This document shows positions 46,546-55,181 of a stretch of DNA of 64,000 nt, piece by piece. Source of the DNA: a virus. Taxonomy: Duplodnaviria; Heunggongvirae; Uroviricota; Caudoviricetes. The position numbers and the translations under genes were made by a program. The stretch lies in the IMG/VR virus record IMGVR_UViG_3300044693_000272; one strand, given 5' to 3'. The notes under the pieces are model-generated. The model saw nothing but the letters and a program-made list of their open reading frames with translations. It had not been told where the DNA came from and ran no database searches. Each line of letters begins with the position of its first letter. Within the stretch, counting starts at the first letter, position 1.

Positions 46546-46773
46546 GATCGTTTTGAGCTTACGTGTGAGGTCGATGCCAACTTTGGTATGATGTAAGGTG
46601 ATACTGGCGGAGAATGCCTTGCTCATACGCCGAGCCATGACTTTTTGTTTGTGGGAACCATGGCGCAATATGCTGTTGAGCTTTCGCAATGCCAACGCTT
46701 CACGCGGTTTGATAACATTTTCCTCTTCCCACGATATTTCTTCAGGTAGCAGGAATTGTTCTGCAGTCATCAA
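46543..46773 (-). CDS. hypothetical protein (76 aa)
   Basis: TAGGAGCGATTG ATG. Confidence 0.5.
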   Translation of the reverse strand: MMTAEQFLLPEEISWEEENVIKPREALALRKLNSILRHGSHKQKVMARRMSKAFSASITLHHTKVGIDLTRKLKTI

Positions 46774-46831
46774 TCGCTCCTAATGTTTACCATGTCCTTA
46801 TGGTAAATTCACTTGAATAGAACGTCAAGAC

Positions 46832-47941
46832 TCATTCACTTGGAGTGACTATCAAACTTTTCTGATTGAACTTTGAATCAACCCAAGAATTGATTCGTTT
46901 ACGTATTGGTGTCTCTACTCGCATATTGAGAATATGTGCTGAGACAATTGATAATGTAATATACAACACAGCAGCAATTACACGTTCAATAGTACCTGTT
47001 GTTATGGCAATAAACGTCGCAAAAGCCATAACTATGGCGGCATGGCTCAAATATAATGAATAAGAAATTCTACCCAAATATTGAGCAAAGCGACTATTGA
47101 GTAAAAGTGTCACTGGTCCGTTATTCATAGTTAGTGTCGCTATGAATAATGCAAACAATAATGGCGCAACACATGCTAAGCCTGGAATGCTATCAGCGAT
47201 TAGAATAAAGAGTAATGTACCGGTAAATATCGCTAATTGTATATTTGGTTTACAAAGACTGATCACAAATCGATGATTGCGATATTCGGCAAGCAGAGCA
47301 CCAATGAAGAAGCCAACTAGACCGCGTCCCCATCCAAAGTAATAGGTTTGTTCAAAACATCCGCCCTTAGTCAAACATGAACTAACAATTATCGACTGCC
47401 ATAAAGCAATCGAATAACCAAAAAGAGCAAATGCGATAAACGCAGCCGTTCTAATTTTTCCATGTAGGGAAATACAGAGTAGTGCGAATATACAGTAGAT
47501 CCAAAATTCAACACTGGCACTCCAACTTACTGCAATACCAATTACATTCGTGATAGCCAAACCTTGAAGAAACGTCGCAACACCTAATAGTTGAATAATG
47601 CTTGGTAATCGATATTCATGAAAGCTTGCGAGATATTGTAAGAAAAAATAAATGAAATTCGCAATCATGAATGCTGGCCACAATCTCCCAATTCGACGCA
47701 ATATAAAAGCACCAAAATCAGAATTATTTCTCAGCTTCGCTTTATATGAATCATATATTACGAAACCACTCAATACGAAGAACAAATCAACAGCCAAATA
47801 ACCGTTCTTTGAAAAAGAAAAGAAACTTGCGGCAGCACGAGAATTCGGTACAGCTTGCAATGACATATAAACATGAAGGAAGACAACAATTAAAGCGGCA
47901 AACCCGCGCAAGCCTTCAAGGCTATGAAGTCGGCCGCCCAT
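46832..47941 (-). CDS. acyltransferase family 3 integral membrane protein (OafA/YrhL-like)
   Basis: LEGLRGFAALIVVFLHV ... FFVLSGFVI plus about 10 TM helices; GAGGAGATGACAT ATG. Confidence 0.65.
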   Translation of the reverse strand: MGGRLHSLEGLRGFAALIVVFLHVYMSLQAVPNSRAAASFFSFSKNGYLAVDLFFVLSGFVIYDSYKAKLRNNSDFGAFILRRIGRLWPAFMIANFIYFFLQYLASFHEYRLPSIIQLLGVATFLQGLAITNVIGIAVSWSASVEFWIYCIFALLCISLHGKIRTAAFIAFALFGYSIALWQSIIVSSCLTKGGCFEQTYYFGWGRGLVGFFIGALLAEYRNHRFVISLCKPNIQLAIFTGTLLFILIADSIPGLACVAPLLFALFIATLTMNNGPVTLLLNSRFAQYLGRISYSLYLSHAAIVMAFATFIAITTGTIERVIAAVLYITLSIVSAHILNMRVETPIRKRINSWVDSKFNQKSLIVTPSE

Positions 47942-47944
47942 ATG

Positions 47945-48199
47945 TCATCTCCTCAAGATTTGTAGATGGTTGAACGCTGCTCGATCGAATGATCGATCAT
48001 CAGCCTTGCATTGTTTGGCATGATTGAATCTAACGAGTAAGCATACATACTCGATCTCTTTTGCCGTCAGCTTGAGGCGCGATCCATCGTATGCCAACCC
48101 TGCTATTCTTAGCAGTCGGAGCAGTTCATCATCGGTGAATGTATGGTTGGTCCTGATGTTACGTACTTCGATCGAACCAACGAATTGGTAATCGTTCAT
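47945..48199 (-). CDS. hypothetical protein (84 aa)
   Basis: ORF track. Confidence 0.45.
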   Translation of the reverse strand: MNDYQFVGSIEVRNIRTNHTFTDDELLRLLRIAGLAYDGSRLKLTAKEIEYVCLLVRFNHAKQCKADDRSFDRAAFNHLQILRR

Positions 48200-48411
48200 T
48201 TCCGATTGTGACGCATTAACGCATTACGGAATGCGTCACCCATGTTGGTAACTGCAAATCGATCACCACGGCGCTCGATTTCGCGTCTGGAGCGTTCTCG
48301 TTCTGCTGCATCGGCTTTATAAGCCTCGATTTCGTCATCCATGGCACGAAAATCATCCTCATCTAGTTGATGATCGTTGAACATGTATAGTGTGGGATCT
48401 TCGTAGAACAT
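48196..48411 (-). CDS. hypothetical protein (71 aa)
   Basis: AAGGAGAGGAAATG start. Confidence 0.45.
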   Translation of the reverse strand: MFYEDPTLYMFNDHQLDEDDFRAMDDEIEAYKADAAERERSRREIERRGDRFAVTNMGDAFRNALMRHNRK

Positions 48412-48527
48412 TTCCTCTCCTTGTTGTCTTCACATTCATATTGTTCGTTCGTATGAACTTGAAGTCAAGCAGCCATTCAGCAAAAGAGCGGGGGATCGCT
48501 CACCCCGCCTTTTGCGCCAATCATGGC

Positions 48528-48923
48528 TTATGCTTCAGCTTCAGCAGCCTTGCGGGCGCCCTTCGTCGAACGCGTGTTCACCTTGCCTTCACGCACAGCC
48601 GCGTAGTAGCCCTTGCTTACATCTTCGACGATCGACGGGCACGTTTCCTTGATCCCCTTCGCGCTCGACACGTCGACGTACTTGATGCCCTTCACGTCCT
48701 TGCCGGCCAGCTTTTCTTCGAACAGTGCCAGCGCTTCGTCGAGTGCGGCCTTCTTTTCCGTCTTGAAGCGCAGCTTGCCACCACGACGGCCGTAGAACTT
48801 GACGAGTGCGTTGCCGACGTATGCGATACCCCAGACGCTGTCCTTCGACGGCTTGCCACCCTTTTCGCCGCGTTCGCCTTCGATCAGTGCGTGACCCAGC
48901 TTGATGATTTCGACCTTTGCCAT
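48528..48923 (-). CDS. WGR-domain protein (131 aa)
   Basis: MAKVEIIKLGH ... LVKFYGRRGGKLRFKTEKKAALDEALALFEEKLAGKDVKGIKY reproduces the WGR core and C-terminal KGY. Confidence 0.6.
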   Translation of the reverse strand: MAKVEIIKLGHALIEGERGEKGGKPSKDSVWGIAYVGNALVKFYGRRGGKLRFKTEKKAALDEALALFEEKLAGKDVKGIKYVDVSSAKGIKETCPSIVEDVSKGYYAAVREGKVNTRSTKGARKAAEAEA

Positions 48924-49073
48924 GTGTTTCTCCTTGAAAAGTTACTACGTTGCGTTGTCTGTCAGTTACTGCTCACCACATGTCAAATGATAGGATCACT
49001 TAAATGTGGCGTCAACAGTTTTTCTAACTTTTTGAACGTGAGTAGCTAGGAATCAGAACTGGTGAAGGTATGG

Positions 49074-49334
49074 TTAATTGTACGTAAAGTCGAACAGGAG
49101 AGCATCTCGCACCTCTTCAAAAACCACAACTAACATATTGTCAGTAGGAATGTGATGAGTCCAAAACTTACCTACACACTGCTCAACTAGATTGGCTCTG
49201 AGCTCTTCAATAGTCTGATTGCCCATCAAGACCATAAAATTGCATTCATCTAACGACAAGTTACCAATTGTTGTGGCCATATAGGCTGCACGTTTTGCTA
49301 TTTTGTCTGTTGTATTTTTGCAACTGTATATCAT
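49074..49334 (-). CDS. C-terminal-motif family member (86 aa)
   Basis: Ends VRDALLFDFTYN. Confidence 0.45.
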   Translation of the reverse strand: MIYSCKNTTDKIAKRAAYMATTIGNLSLDECNFMVLMGNQTIEELRANLVEQCVGKFWTHHIPTDNMLVVVFEEVRDALLFDFTYN

Positions 49335-49335
49335 T

Positions 49336-49635
49336 TTATTGGCCGAATGTTAGATAGAACGCCAAAGCATCGTTGTATTTTTCATACATAGTGACAACGA
49401 CCATACCGAACTGTCGCCAGTTCAATTTGATTTTTTGTTCCTTGTGCCAAAGCCTTACAGCCTGATCTCGCTCAGACTTAACGAGACCGTCAGACATGAC
49501 TATATACCCTGACGGTAGTTTGTTAACTTCTTCGAAGTCCGCCCTTAATGACTGGCGAATCACATATTCGACAGCACTGTGCAATTCATCATCTTTCATG
49601 GCGAACCATCTTTCCATTTCACGAATAATAGCCAT
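49336..49635 (-). CDS. C-terminal-motif family member (99 aa)
   Basis: Ends NDALAFYLTFGQ. Confidence 0.5.
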   Translation of the reverse strand: MAIIREMERWFAMKDDELHSAVEYVIRQSLRADFEEVNKLPSGYIVMSDGLVKSERDQAVRLWHKEQKIKLNWRQFGMVVVTMYEKYNDALAFYLTFGQ

Positions 49636-49638
49636 CCC

Positions 49639-49929
49639 TTAACCCCAAGTCAGGAAATAGTTCAGCGCGTCTTGGTAGTTCGAGAATAAACCAAGTACGG
49701 TTGTTTTGAGCAGTATTATTGAATAATCATACTCAATATTGAGCTTTGCCCAACGGCGAGATGCCATTATATTACTATTGGTAATGGCAATGTCTACAGC
49801 ATATAGATACATATGGAATTCAATGGCTTCGCGATCATCAACTATGCGTTGACGAAACAGTTCATGTGAGCCACTTATATGCTCCTCACTGCCATTCTTG
49901 ATCCAATCTTGAACTGTTCGAAGTGGCAT
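49639..49929 (-). CDS. C-terminal-motif family member (about 96 aa)
   Basis: Start at internal MPLRTV; ends QDALNYFLTWG. Confidence 0.45.
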   Translation of the reverse strand: MPLRTVQDWIKNGSEEHISGSHELFRQRIVDDREAIEFHMYLYAVDIAITNSNIMASRRWAKLNIEYDYSIILLKTTVLGLFSNYQDALNYFLTWG

Positions 49930-49930
49930 A

Positions 49931-50203
49931 TCAGCACCACGTAAGGTAGAATGCCAAAGCATTTTTGTAGTCAGTGAAGAAACACATCATCACATTTAGC
50001 TTGCCATCGAGCGTGAAACAACCGTCATATTCATTTTTGACGGTATCGATTATATGTGTAAAGCTGTTTGGCAAATCAAATGTAACAACATATGGATGGT
50101 TCTTCTTTGAAGAGCGATAGTGTTCTATTAATAGATTGGCACGCTTGCCCTGTTCGGGCCCTTCAATATCCAACCATTCTTTTGTTGTTTGTAATTTAGC
50201 CAT
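49931..50203 (-). CDS. C-terminal-motif family member (90 aa)
   Basis: Ends KNALAFYLTWC. Confidence 0.5.
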   Translation of the reverse strand: MAKLQTTKEWLDIEGPEQGKRANLLIEHYRSSKKNHPYVVTFDLPNSFTHIIDTVKNEYDGCFTLDGKLNVMMCFFTDYKNALAFYLTWC

Positions 50204-50213
50204 GCTGACACCA

Positions 50214-50537
50214 TCACACTTTGTCGCCGTGTGTCATGTAAAACTTGATTGCGTCAATTTCGCGTTCGAAAAACACGGCCATAACGCCGCTACCGTTCTT
50301 CGTACGCATTATTGGAAGTTGGTCTCCCTCGCACTCGGATTCAAGCCATTCGCATAGCTCGATCCATGTCCAACGACGTTTGGAATCGAACATGATGATC
50401 ATTGCACACGCGATGTGAAATTCAGCTGATTCGATACCATTCTTGAACCAGCTACCGGCCTCGTGTAAGTCACCGTATAGCTTATCGAGCTTACTCAGCT
50501 CGTTGAAGACGTGTGGTTTGAATATTTGTGCATTCAT
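50214..50537 (-). CDS. C-terminal-motif family member (107 aa)
   Basis: Ends IDAIKFYMTHGDKV. Confidence 0.5.
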   Translation of the reverse strand: MNAQIFKPHVFNELSKLDKLYGDLHEAGSWFKNGIESAEFHIACAMIIMFDSKRRWTWIELCEWLESECEGDQLPIMRTKNGSGVMAVFFEREIDAIKFYMTHGDKV

Positions 50538-50731
50538 TTTGCTGGATATGGGCTAAACCATAACCCCTCATGTTGTTTGTTTAACTTACCAGCCCTGTAC
50601 AATGCTCCCTGTTCGCTATATCCGATGAATGCTTCCTCCGAATTTGGGCTGAGCCATTTTTCACCTGCCTTACCTGTGTAATACAGAGTTTCGCCCTTCT
50701 GATTCTGGACCATAATGCCATGCGTGCTCAT
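50534..50731 (-). CDS. hypothetical protein (65 aa)
   Basis: ATGA-coupled to downstream gene. Confidence 0.45.
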   Translation of the reverse strand: MSTHGIMVQNQKGETLYYTGKAGEKWLSPNSEEAFIGYSEQGALYRAGKLNKQHEGLWFSPYPAK

Positions 50732-50790
50732 GTGATTCTCCGACTTTCGTAGTACAAGAACTCACATGATACGTTCATATGAACCGTAAG

Positions 50791-51066
50791 TCAACCCCAA
50801 GCCAGCAACCAGGCAACCGCATCAGTTTCATGCTGAAAATAAATTGCTGGTGGTATGAAATCTACTGCTGGGTTGAAACCGATCTTCCCCTTCACATTTT
50901 CAGTGCGCCAATCAGGATCCACTTCATAGAAGTGATCGTGTTTATCAGATAGTAATACTGAGCCAGGAAGGAAACGAACATTTCCCATTGTTCGAGACAT
51001 CCAGTTTCGAACTCGATCTTCGCCATATCTGGCTTGGAAGGCTGCGAATGAGAGTAACTGCATCAA
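50791..51066 (-). CDS. C-terminal-motif family member (91 aa)
   Basis: Ends TDAVAWLLAWG. Confidence 0.45.
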   Translation of the reverse strand: MMQLLSFAAFQARYGEDRVRNWMSRTMGNVRFLPGSVLLSDKHDHFYEVDPDWRTENVKGKIGFNPAVDFIPPAIYFQHETDAVAWLLAWG

Positions 51067-51305
51067 TCACCTTTCTTACCAAGTCGTATGACAAAGCGAT
51101 CACCAAACTTTTCAATCTCGAAAGTTTCTCCCTGAAAATAACTTATGTAGTCGGCGGGAACTTCAAGCTTCATTTCGGTTTCATAGACCGAGGTGTACGG
51201 TTGATAACCGTACCGATCATTTTCGGCTGTTGTAATTACTTCGATCTGGGTGTCTTCAGGAAATTGATCCAACCAGCGTTGCAATTCGACTCGAGTAGTC
51301 ATCAT
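51063..51305 (-). CDS. hypothetical protein (80 aa)
   Basis: ATGA-coupled. Confidence 0.45.
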   Translation of the reverse strand: MMTTRVELQRWLDQFPEDTQIEVITTAENDRYGYQPYTSVYETEMKLEVPADYISYFQGETFEIEKFGDRFVIRLGKKGD

Positions 51306-51362
51306 AATCTCCTGAAGTAATCATGCTCATATGGTACGTTCATATGAGCATGATATCAAGAG

Positions 51363-51641
51363 CTATGCGACCAAATGAACCGTAAGATAATCTATAAAGC
51401 TTTTGAAATACACTTGATATGGTCTTCTATCATTAGATCGCTCACAGATCACATCGCCGCGCAATCCTCGATATAAAAGGTGAAAAGCATGGTTATCGAA
51501 CCTAAAACCTTCGCTGAAAGTCAAACGAACAATGACTTCAGGTTTGAAACCATGCTCTAGTTCAAAGTCATGAATCTTCTGTTGACGACCCAGAAAGGCA
51601 AGTGTGGGATCGAGATATTCTTCAAGAGTCCAAGCAATCAT
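51363..51641 (-). CDS. divergent C-terminal-motif family member (92 aa)
   Basis: Ends FIDYLTVHLVA. Confidence 0.4.
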   Translation of the reverse strand: MIAWTLEEYLDPTLAFLGRQQKIHDFELEHGFKPEVIVRLTFSEGFRFDNHAFHLLYRGLRGDVICERSNDRRPYQVYFKSFIDYLTVHLVA

Positions 51642-52150
51642 ACATTCGCCCGATCTGCTAACGCCTGAAGAACAAATGGGTGAATGTATTTTGCCACTTT
51701 TTCTTCCCAGTTGTTAATTCCGACAAACCCTCGCACAGCTGATGAGCTGATACGCGTGATATCTTCGGGAGGAATTACAAAGACATGGTCGATGCTATTT
51801 TCAATATCTGCGTTGAAACCCTGAATATCTTTCTCGTAACCAAAGTCAACAGCATTGCGAATGCCACGCATGATGGTGGTAACACCTAGATGCTTCGCCA
51901 CGCTGACCGTGAATTCATTTTCAATCACTACAAACTTCAACTTTTCGAACAGCTCAGATGTGAGTGAGTCAGCCAACACTCGCCGTGCCAGTTCCTCACG
52001 TTCGATCGAATTGAACATTCCCTTCTTTGCTGGATTGTAAGCAATCGCAAAGTAGACTTCATCGAATGTGCGACAAGCACGCTCGACCATCCATTCATGC
52101 CCTCGTGTGATTGGATCGAACGACCCAGTAACCATACCGATCGTATACAT
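51638..52150 (-). CDS. CoaD-like nucleotidyltransferase (phosphopantetheine adenylyltransferase family)
   Basis: GSFDPITRGHEWMV matches the (H/T)xGH motif GTFDPITNGH; RGIRNAVDFGYE matches RGLRAVADFEYE; start chosen at the ATG that TAATG-overlaps the upstream stop. Confidence 0.6.
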   Translation of the reverse strand: MYTIGMVTGSFDPITRGHEWMVERACRTFDEVYFAIAYNPAKKGMFNSIEREELARRVLADSLTSELFEKLKFVVIENEFTVSVAKHLGVTTIMRGIRNAVDFGYEKDIQGFNADIENSIDHVFVIPPEDITRISSSAVRGFVGINNWEEKVAKYIHPFVLQALADRANV

Positions 52151-53385
52151 TAGACCCAACGCTCCCATTTCTTGATAAGTGTGTCCAAGTTTGCACGTGC
52201 ATTATCTTCGAGATGTGCAAAGTGCGATGATTGAAAAACTTTTGGTCGACGCAAAAATGTCTTCAATACAGAAACCCGGCCTCTAGCAAATGTTCGAATT
52301 TCATACTCATTTTTGAACTCCTGATATACTGCGTCATCAAATGCTTCAGCCTCCTCGGGAGTTCCACCCAACATCATCAAGTCCACATCAAGAAACAATT
52401 CACAATCGTTTTTCAACTTAGGATTGGCTTTCAAGAAATGCGAAGAAGCCGAATGCGTTTTCGTACTCATGATGTATTCAGCAGCAACTGCGAGTGATGG
52501 GATACCATCTTCAATTTCAAATCGCAATGCTTCTGGCATAATTGCTTTGAATTGATCAATCATGAACTTAACGCTTTGAGATTCATTATGTGGATACAGA
52601 GTCTTATACGTACTGTATACCACATCATGATAGATAATCGCAATACCGGCAATGCTAGGATAGTTGAATTTGTCAAGATTCGACATAAACCATCGATACA
52701 TAGCAAGTGGGTGATCTGCATTATGCCAGTGCCGATCAAAACCGTGATATTGTTTCATCGCATTGTCGAACAATTCACCAGCTTCCTTTTCTTTTTTGTA
52801 AAAAGCGCTTTGGAAGAATAAACGTAGATCTTTTCGAGCAATGTTACCAGCAATGCGTTTAGCTTCAGTTTCAAGCTCTTCAAGCGAAACATTAGTGTCA
52901 ATTGTTTCATCCGACATTGCCGACTTCACAATAGTACTGAGTTGCGCACCACGAATCTTTGCGATTTTTTCGGCAGTGAAGCCATCACGTGCAATCACAC
53001 GTTTTTCTTGCGTCTCATCGTCGCACATACACGTGATGATGAAATCGTATTTGTCATTATTGCACATTTCAAACAACAGAGGAAATTCAACTACGATGTG
53101 ATTCTGACTGTCGATTTTTATCATTCGCAACCGCATGTGCGTTTTCACCAAATCTTCAAGCCATTTACGTTGCTCTGGGTCGTTGAATACGATATCCGAT
53201 ATTTGCTTGCGATCATCCGTTCCGAATTGTTCCTTCAGTTCTTTAGCAAATTCGGTGTTCTTATAAAGCTCGTGAACCATCTCATCGATGCTTGCTTGAG
53301 TGTAATTTGGTGTAAGATGTTTCACCAATAGTTTCGTGAATGTGGATTTTCCACAGCCAATGTTACCGGTAATCGCGATCCGCAT
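52150..53385 (-). CDS. two-domain protein: N-terminal CoaE-like P-loop kinase and C-terminal HD-domain phosphohydrolase
   Basis: MRIAITGNIGCGKSTF is a Walker A as in dephospho-CoA kinase (LTGGIGSGKST); C-terminal RHWHNADH ... IIYHDVVYS ... DVDLMMLG carries the HD-domain His/Asp pattern. Confidence 0.55.
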   Translation of the reverse strand: MRIAITGNIGCGKSTFTKLLVKHLTPNYTQASIDEMVHELYKNTEFAKELKEQFGTDDRKQISDIVFNDPEQRKWLEDLVKTHMRLRMIKIDSQNHIVVEFPLLFEMCNNDKYDFIITCMCDDETQEKRVIARDGFTAEKIAKIRGAQLSTIVKSAMSDETIDTNVSLEELETEAKRIAGNIARKDLRLFFQSAFYKKEKEAGELFDNAMKQYHGFDRHWHNADHPLAMYRWFMSNLDKFNYPSIAGIAIIYHDVVYSTYKTLYPHNESQSVKFMIDQFKAIMPEALRFEIEDGIPSLAVAAEYIMSTKTHSASSHFLKANPKLKNDCELFLDVDLMMLGGTPEEAEAFDDAVYQEFKNEYEIRTFARGRVSVLKTFLRRPKVFQSSHFAHLEDNARANLDTLIKKWERWV

Positions 53386-53483
53386 TGATGCTCCTTTATT
53401 CGTTTTTGATGATCAAGCTACCATAAGCCATTCATTTATTCATTGTATGACAAATCATACCAAATGTAAAGCCGCCAAATGGC

Positions 53484-53510
53484 AGATGGCCCCATATGGG
53501 GCCATCTTTT
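53484..53510. terminator. hairpin of the GATGGCC family after the ligase-like gene
   Basis: agatggcccc-atat-ggggccatct then TTTTAC. Confidence 0.45.
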
Positions 53511-53515
53511 ACAGC

Positions 53516-54085
53516 TTAGTACGGAAAGTCAGCTTTCTTGATTTTCACAAGGCGACCATCTTCGTGATGCCAAACAATGCCTTCGATAGGCTTGTCTCGC
53601 AACCATTCTTTGATGCCATCAAACGTGCGCGGGCAATCTTCTAAGATATCCTTACCGTGAGGAACAAGAATGTGTTCGGTCAAACCTTCAGGATTAGCAC
53701 CGTGACGTGTCCCAATTTTGGGACCACACGCTTCATATGTGCCATCAGGGATTCCACCGGCAAACTTGTTCTTCTGCGCCCATTCGACAGCTTCTCGAAT
53801 GTACTTCGATTCCGGGCCTTCAGCGGGAACCCAACCAGGCCAGTGCCCGCTTTTCGGATCAGGGTTAGGTTGGGCAGGAATGAAGTCAACGGGAGGTGTT
53901 CTCCCAGTCTTAGCGTCGTAACGCTTAAAGACTTGACCATCCTTTACCAACACAGCCACGCCATCCCATTTACGAGTAGCGTAACCTTCACCCTGAACAA
54001 CCCATTCAGCACCCGGAGTAACTTCGTCACGAACCTTACGATCCCCTTCGTAGTTACGTTGAAACAACGACATGATTTTCTTCAT
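53516..54085 (-). CDS. minimal covalent nucleotidyltransferase (ATP-dependent RNA/DNA ligase-like)
   Basis: Start trimmed to MKKIMSLFQ (AAGGAGCAGTTC ATG); ATRKWDGVAVLVKDG is motif I (KxDG), EGIVWHHEDGRLVKIKK resembles motifs IV/V. Confidence 0.55.
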   Translation of the reverse strand: MKKIMSLFQRNYEGDRKVRDEVTPGAEWVVQGEGYATRKWDGVAVLVKDGQVFKRYDAKTGRTPPVDFIPAQPNPDPKSGHWPGWVPAEGPESKYIREAVEWAQKNKFAGGIPDGTYEACGPKIGTRHGANPEGLTEHILVPHGKDILEDCPRTFDGIKEWLRDKPIEGIVWHHEDGRLVKIKKADFPY

Positions 54086-54136
54086 GAACTGCTCCTTAAA
54101 AGTGATGAGATAGTTTTCGAGTCCCATCAACGCCAC

Positions 54137-54200
54137 CTTAAGGTTTACTGCAACTACTAAGCCATATTGTATTGCAAGTACACTATGGCGTCAAACACTT
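54137..54200 (-). promoter_or_regulatory. sigma70-like promoter variant: -35 TTGACG, 17 nt, -10 TACAAT, upstream of the ligase-like gene
   Basis: Reverse complement of 54140-54185 reads TTGACGccatagtgtacttgcaaTACAAT. Confidence 0.4.
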
Positions 54201-54206
54201 TTGCGC

Positions 54207-54524
54207 TTATTCTCCTGCCTTCTTAACAGACCAGAGGTTCTTCGAATTTCCCCTTACCCACATACGGTTACCATCTGTGCAATCGATCACCACTTCATAC
54301 GCGTAATCATGCGTATGGTGAGCCCTGACAAAAGCAACCACCCCTTCTTTGACGACCTTATTGGAAGCCTTATATCGCACTGTGCAGCCAGCAGAATAAC
54401 CGGAAAGCTCGGCGTGTCCTTGGGCGTAAGCTTCACGCAGTTCACCGCGCCGTTGCTCCAGATCTCGGATCTGTTGGTTAACTGCATTCAGTTCATCATC
54501 AATTGCGCCAAGTTCTTGCCGGTT
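54207..54524 (-). CDS. hypothetical protein (about 105 aa; start MNRQELG)
   Basis: Promoter-motif artefact trimmed; probable coiled coil. Confidence 0.5.
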   Translation of the reverse strand, partial: NRQELGAIDDELNAVNQQIRDLEQRRGELREAYAQGHAELSGYSAGCTVRYKASNKVVKEGVVAFVRAHHTHDYAYEVVIDCTDGNRMWVRGNSKNLWSVKKAGE

Positions 54525-54546
54525 CATACTAGACTCCGTGTTTGTT

Positions 54547-54598
54547 TTACCATGTTCAGATGGTACATTCACCTGAACATGGTTACAAGCACTTTTTA
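54547..54598 (-). promoter_or_regulatory. conserved promoter/operator element: -35 TTGTAA (54583-54588), -10 TACCAT (54560-54565)
   Basis: 10-bp inverted repeat CCATGTTCAG ... CTGAACATGG brackets the -10 hexamer. Confidence 0.5.
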
Positions 54599-55066
54599 GC
54601 ACTTGACCTCGAATGATGCACCGTACTGCACAACCACAAACGTGACACGAACAGAAGTGCGCGTTTCTGCCTCCTTCTCCGTTTCCGCATCGCCGATGAA
54701 GTCGATAGCAACGTTCACACCAATTCCCGCGAGACGTTTGATTGCCGAGAAATTGATGTCGAAATCATCGAAGCCATGCACTTGCGATTGTGGCACGATG
54801 TATTGGCGCATACGCAGCAGAAGTTCGTCGATTTCTTCTTTGCTGTAGAGCTTTCCGAACGCCTTTTCGGAATCCAGGAAAACATGGTTGAACATCGAAC
54901 AAAAAGGAGCGTCAGGCAAGACTTCCTTGTATGCTTGGCAAAGCTGGCGAATGAGCTCGTCGTTCTCGGACAAATAGCTGAGCACCGTGCAGAGATTATC
55001 GAAAGTCTCGATACCCAGTGCGGCTTCGAACTGATCTTTGGTTGCGTTGATGTCGGCGATACGCAT
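54596..55066 (-). CDS. hypothetical protein (about 156 aa; start MRIADINA)
   Basis: CAGGAGCAAACAA ATG. Confidence 0.5.
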   Translation of the reverse strand: MRIADINATKDQFEAALGIETFDNLCTVLSYLSENDELIRQLCQAYKEVLPDAPFCSMFNHVFLDSEKAFGKLYSKEEIDELLLRMRQYIVPQSQVHGFDDFDINFSAIKRLAGIGVNVAIDFIGDAETEKEAETRTSVRVTFVVVQYGASFEVKC

Positions 55067-55181
55067 TTGTTTGCTCCTGTTGTTAACCATAATCATATGG
55101 TAAGTTCAAATGAACAAAACATCAACACCAGAAATGACGATGGCTAGGGTAAAACCTAGCCATTGTATTACGCGTTACTGC

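Noticed and set aside
51638-52150. Calling the (H/T)xGH nucleotidyltransferase an NMN adenylyltransferase (NAD salvage)
   Set aside because: The second motif RGIRNAVDFGYE matches the CoaD-specific RG.R...DFEYE. The adjacent kinase has the CoaE-type Walker A, so CoaD-like is favoured, though not proven.
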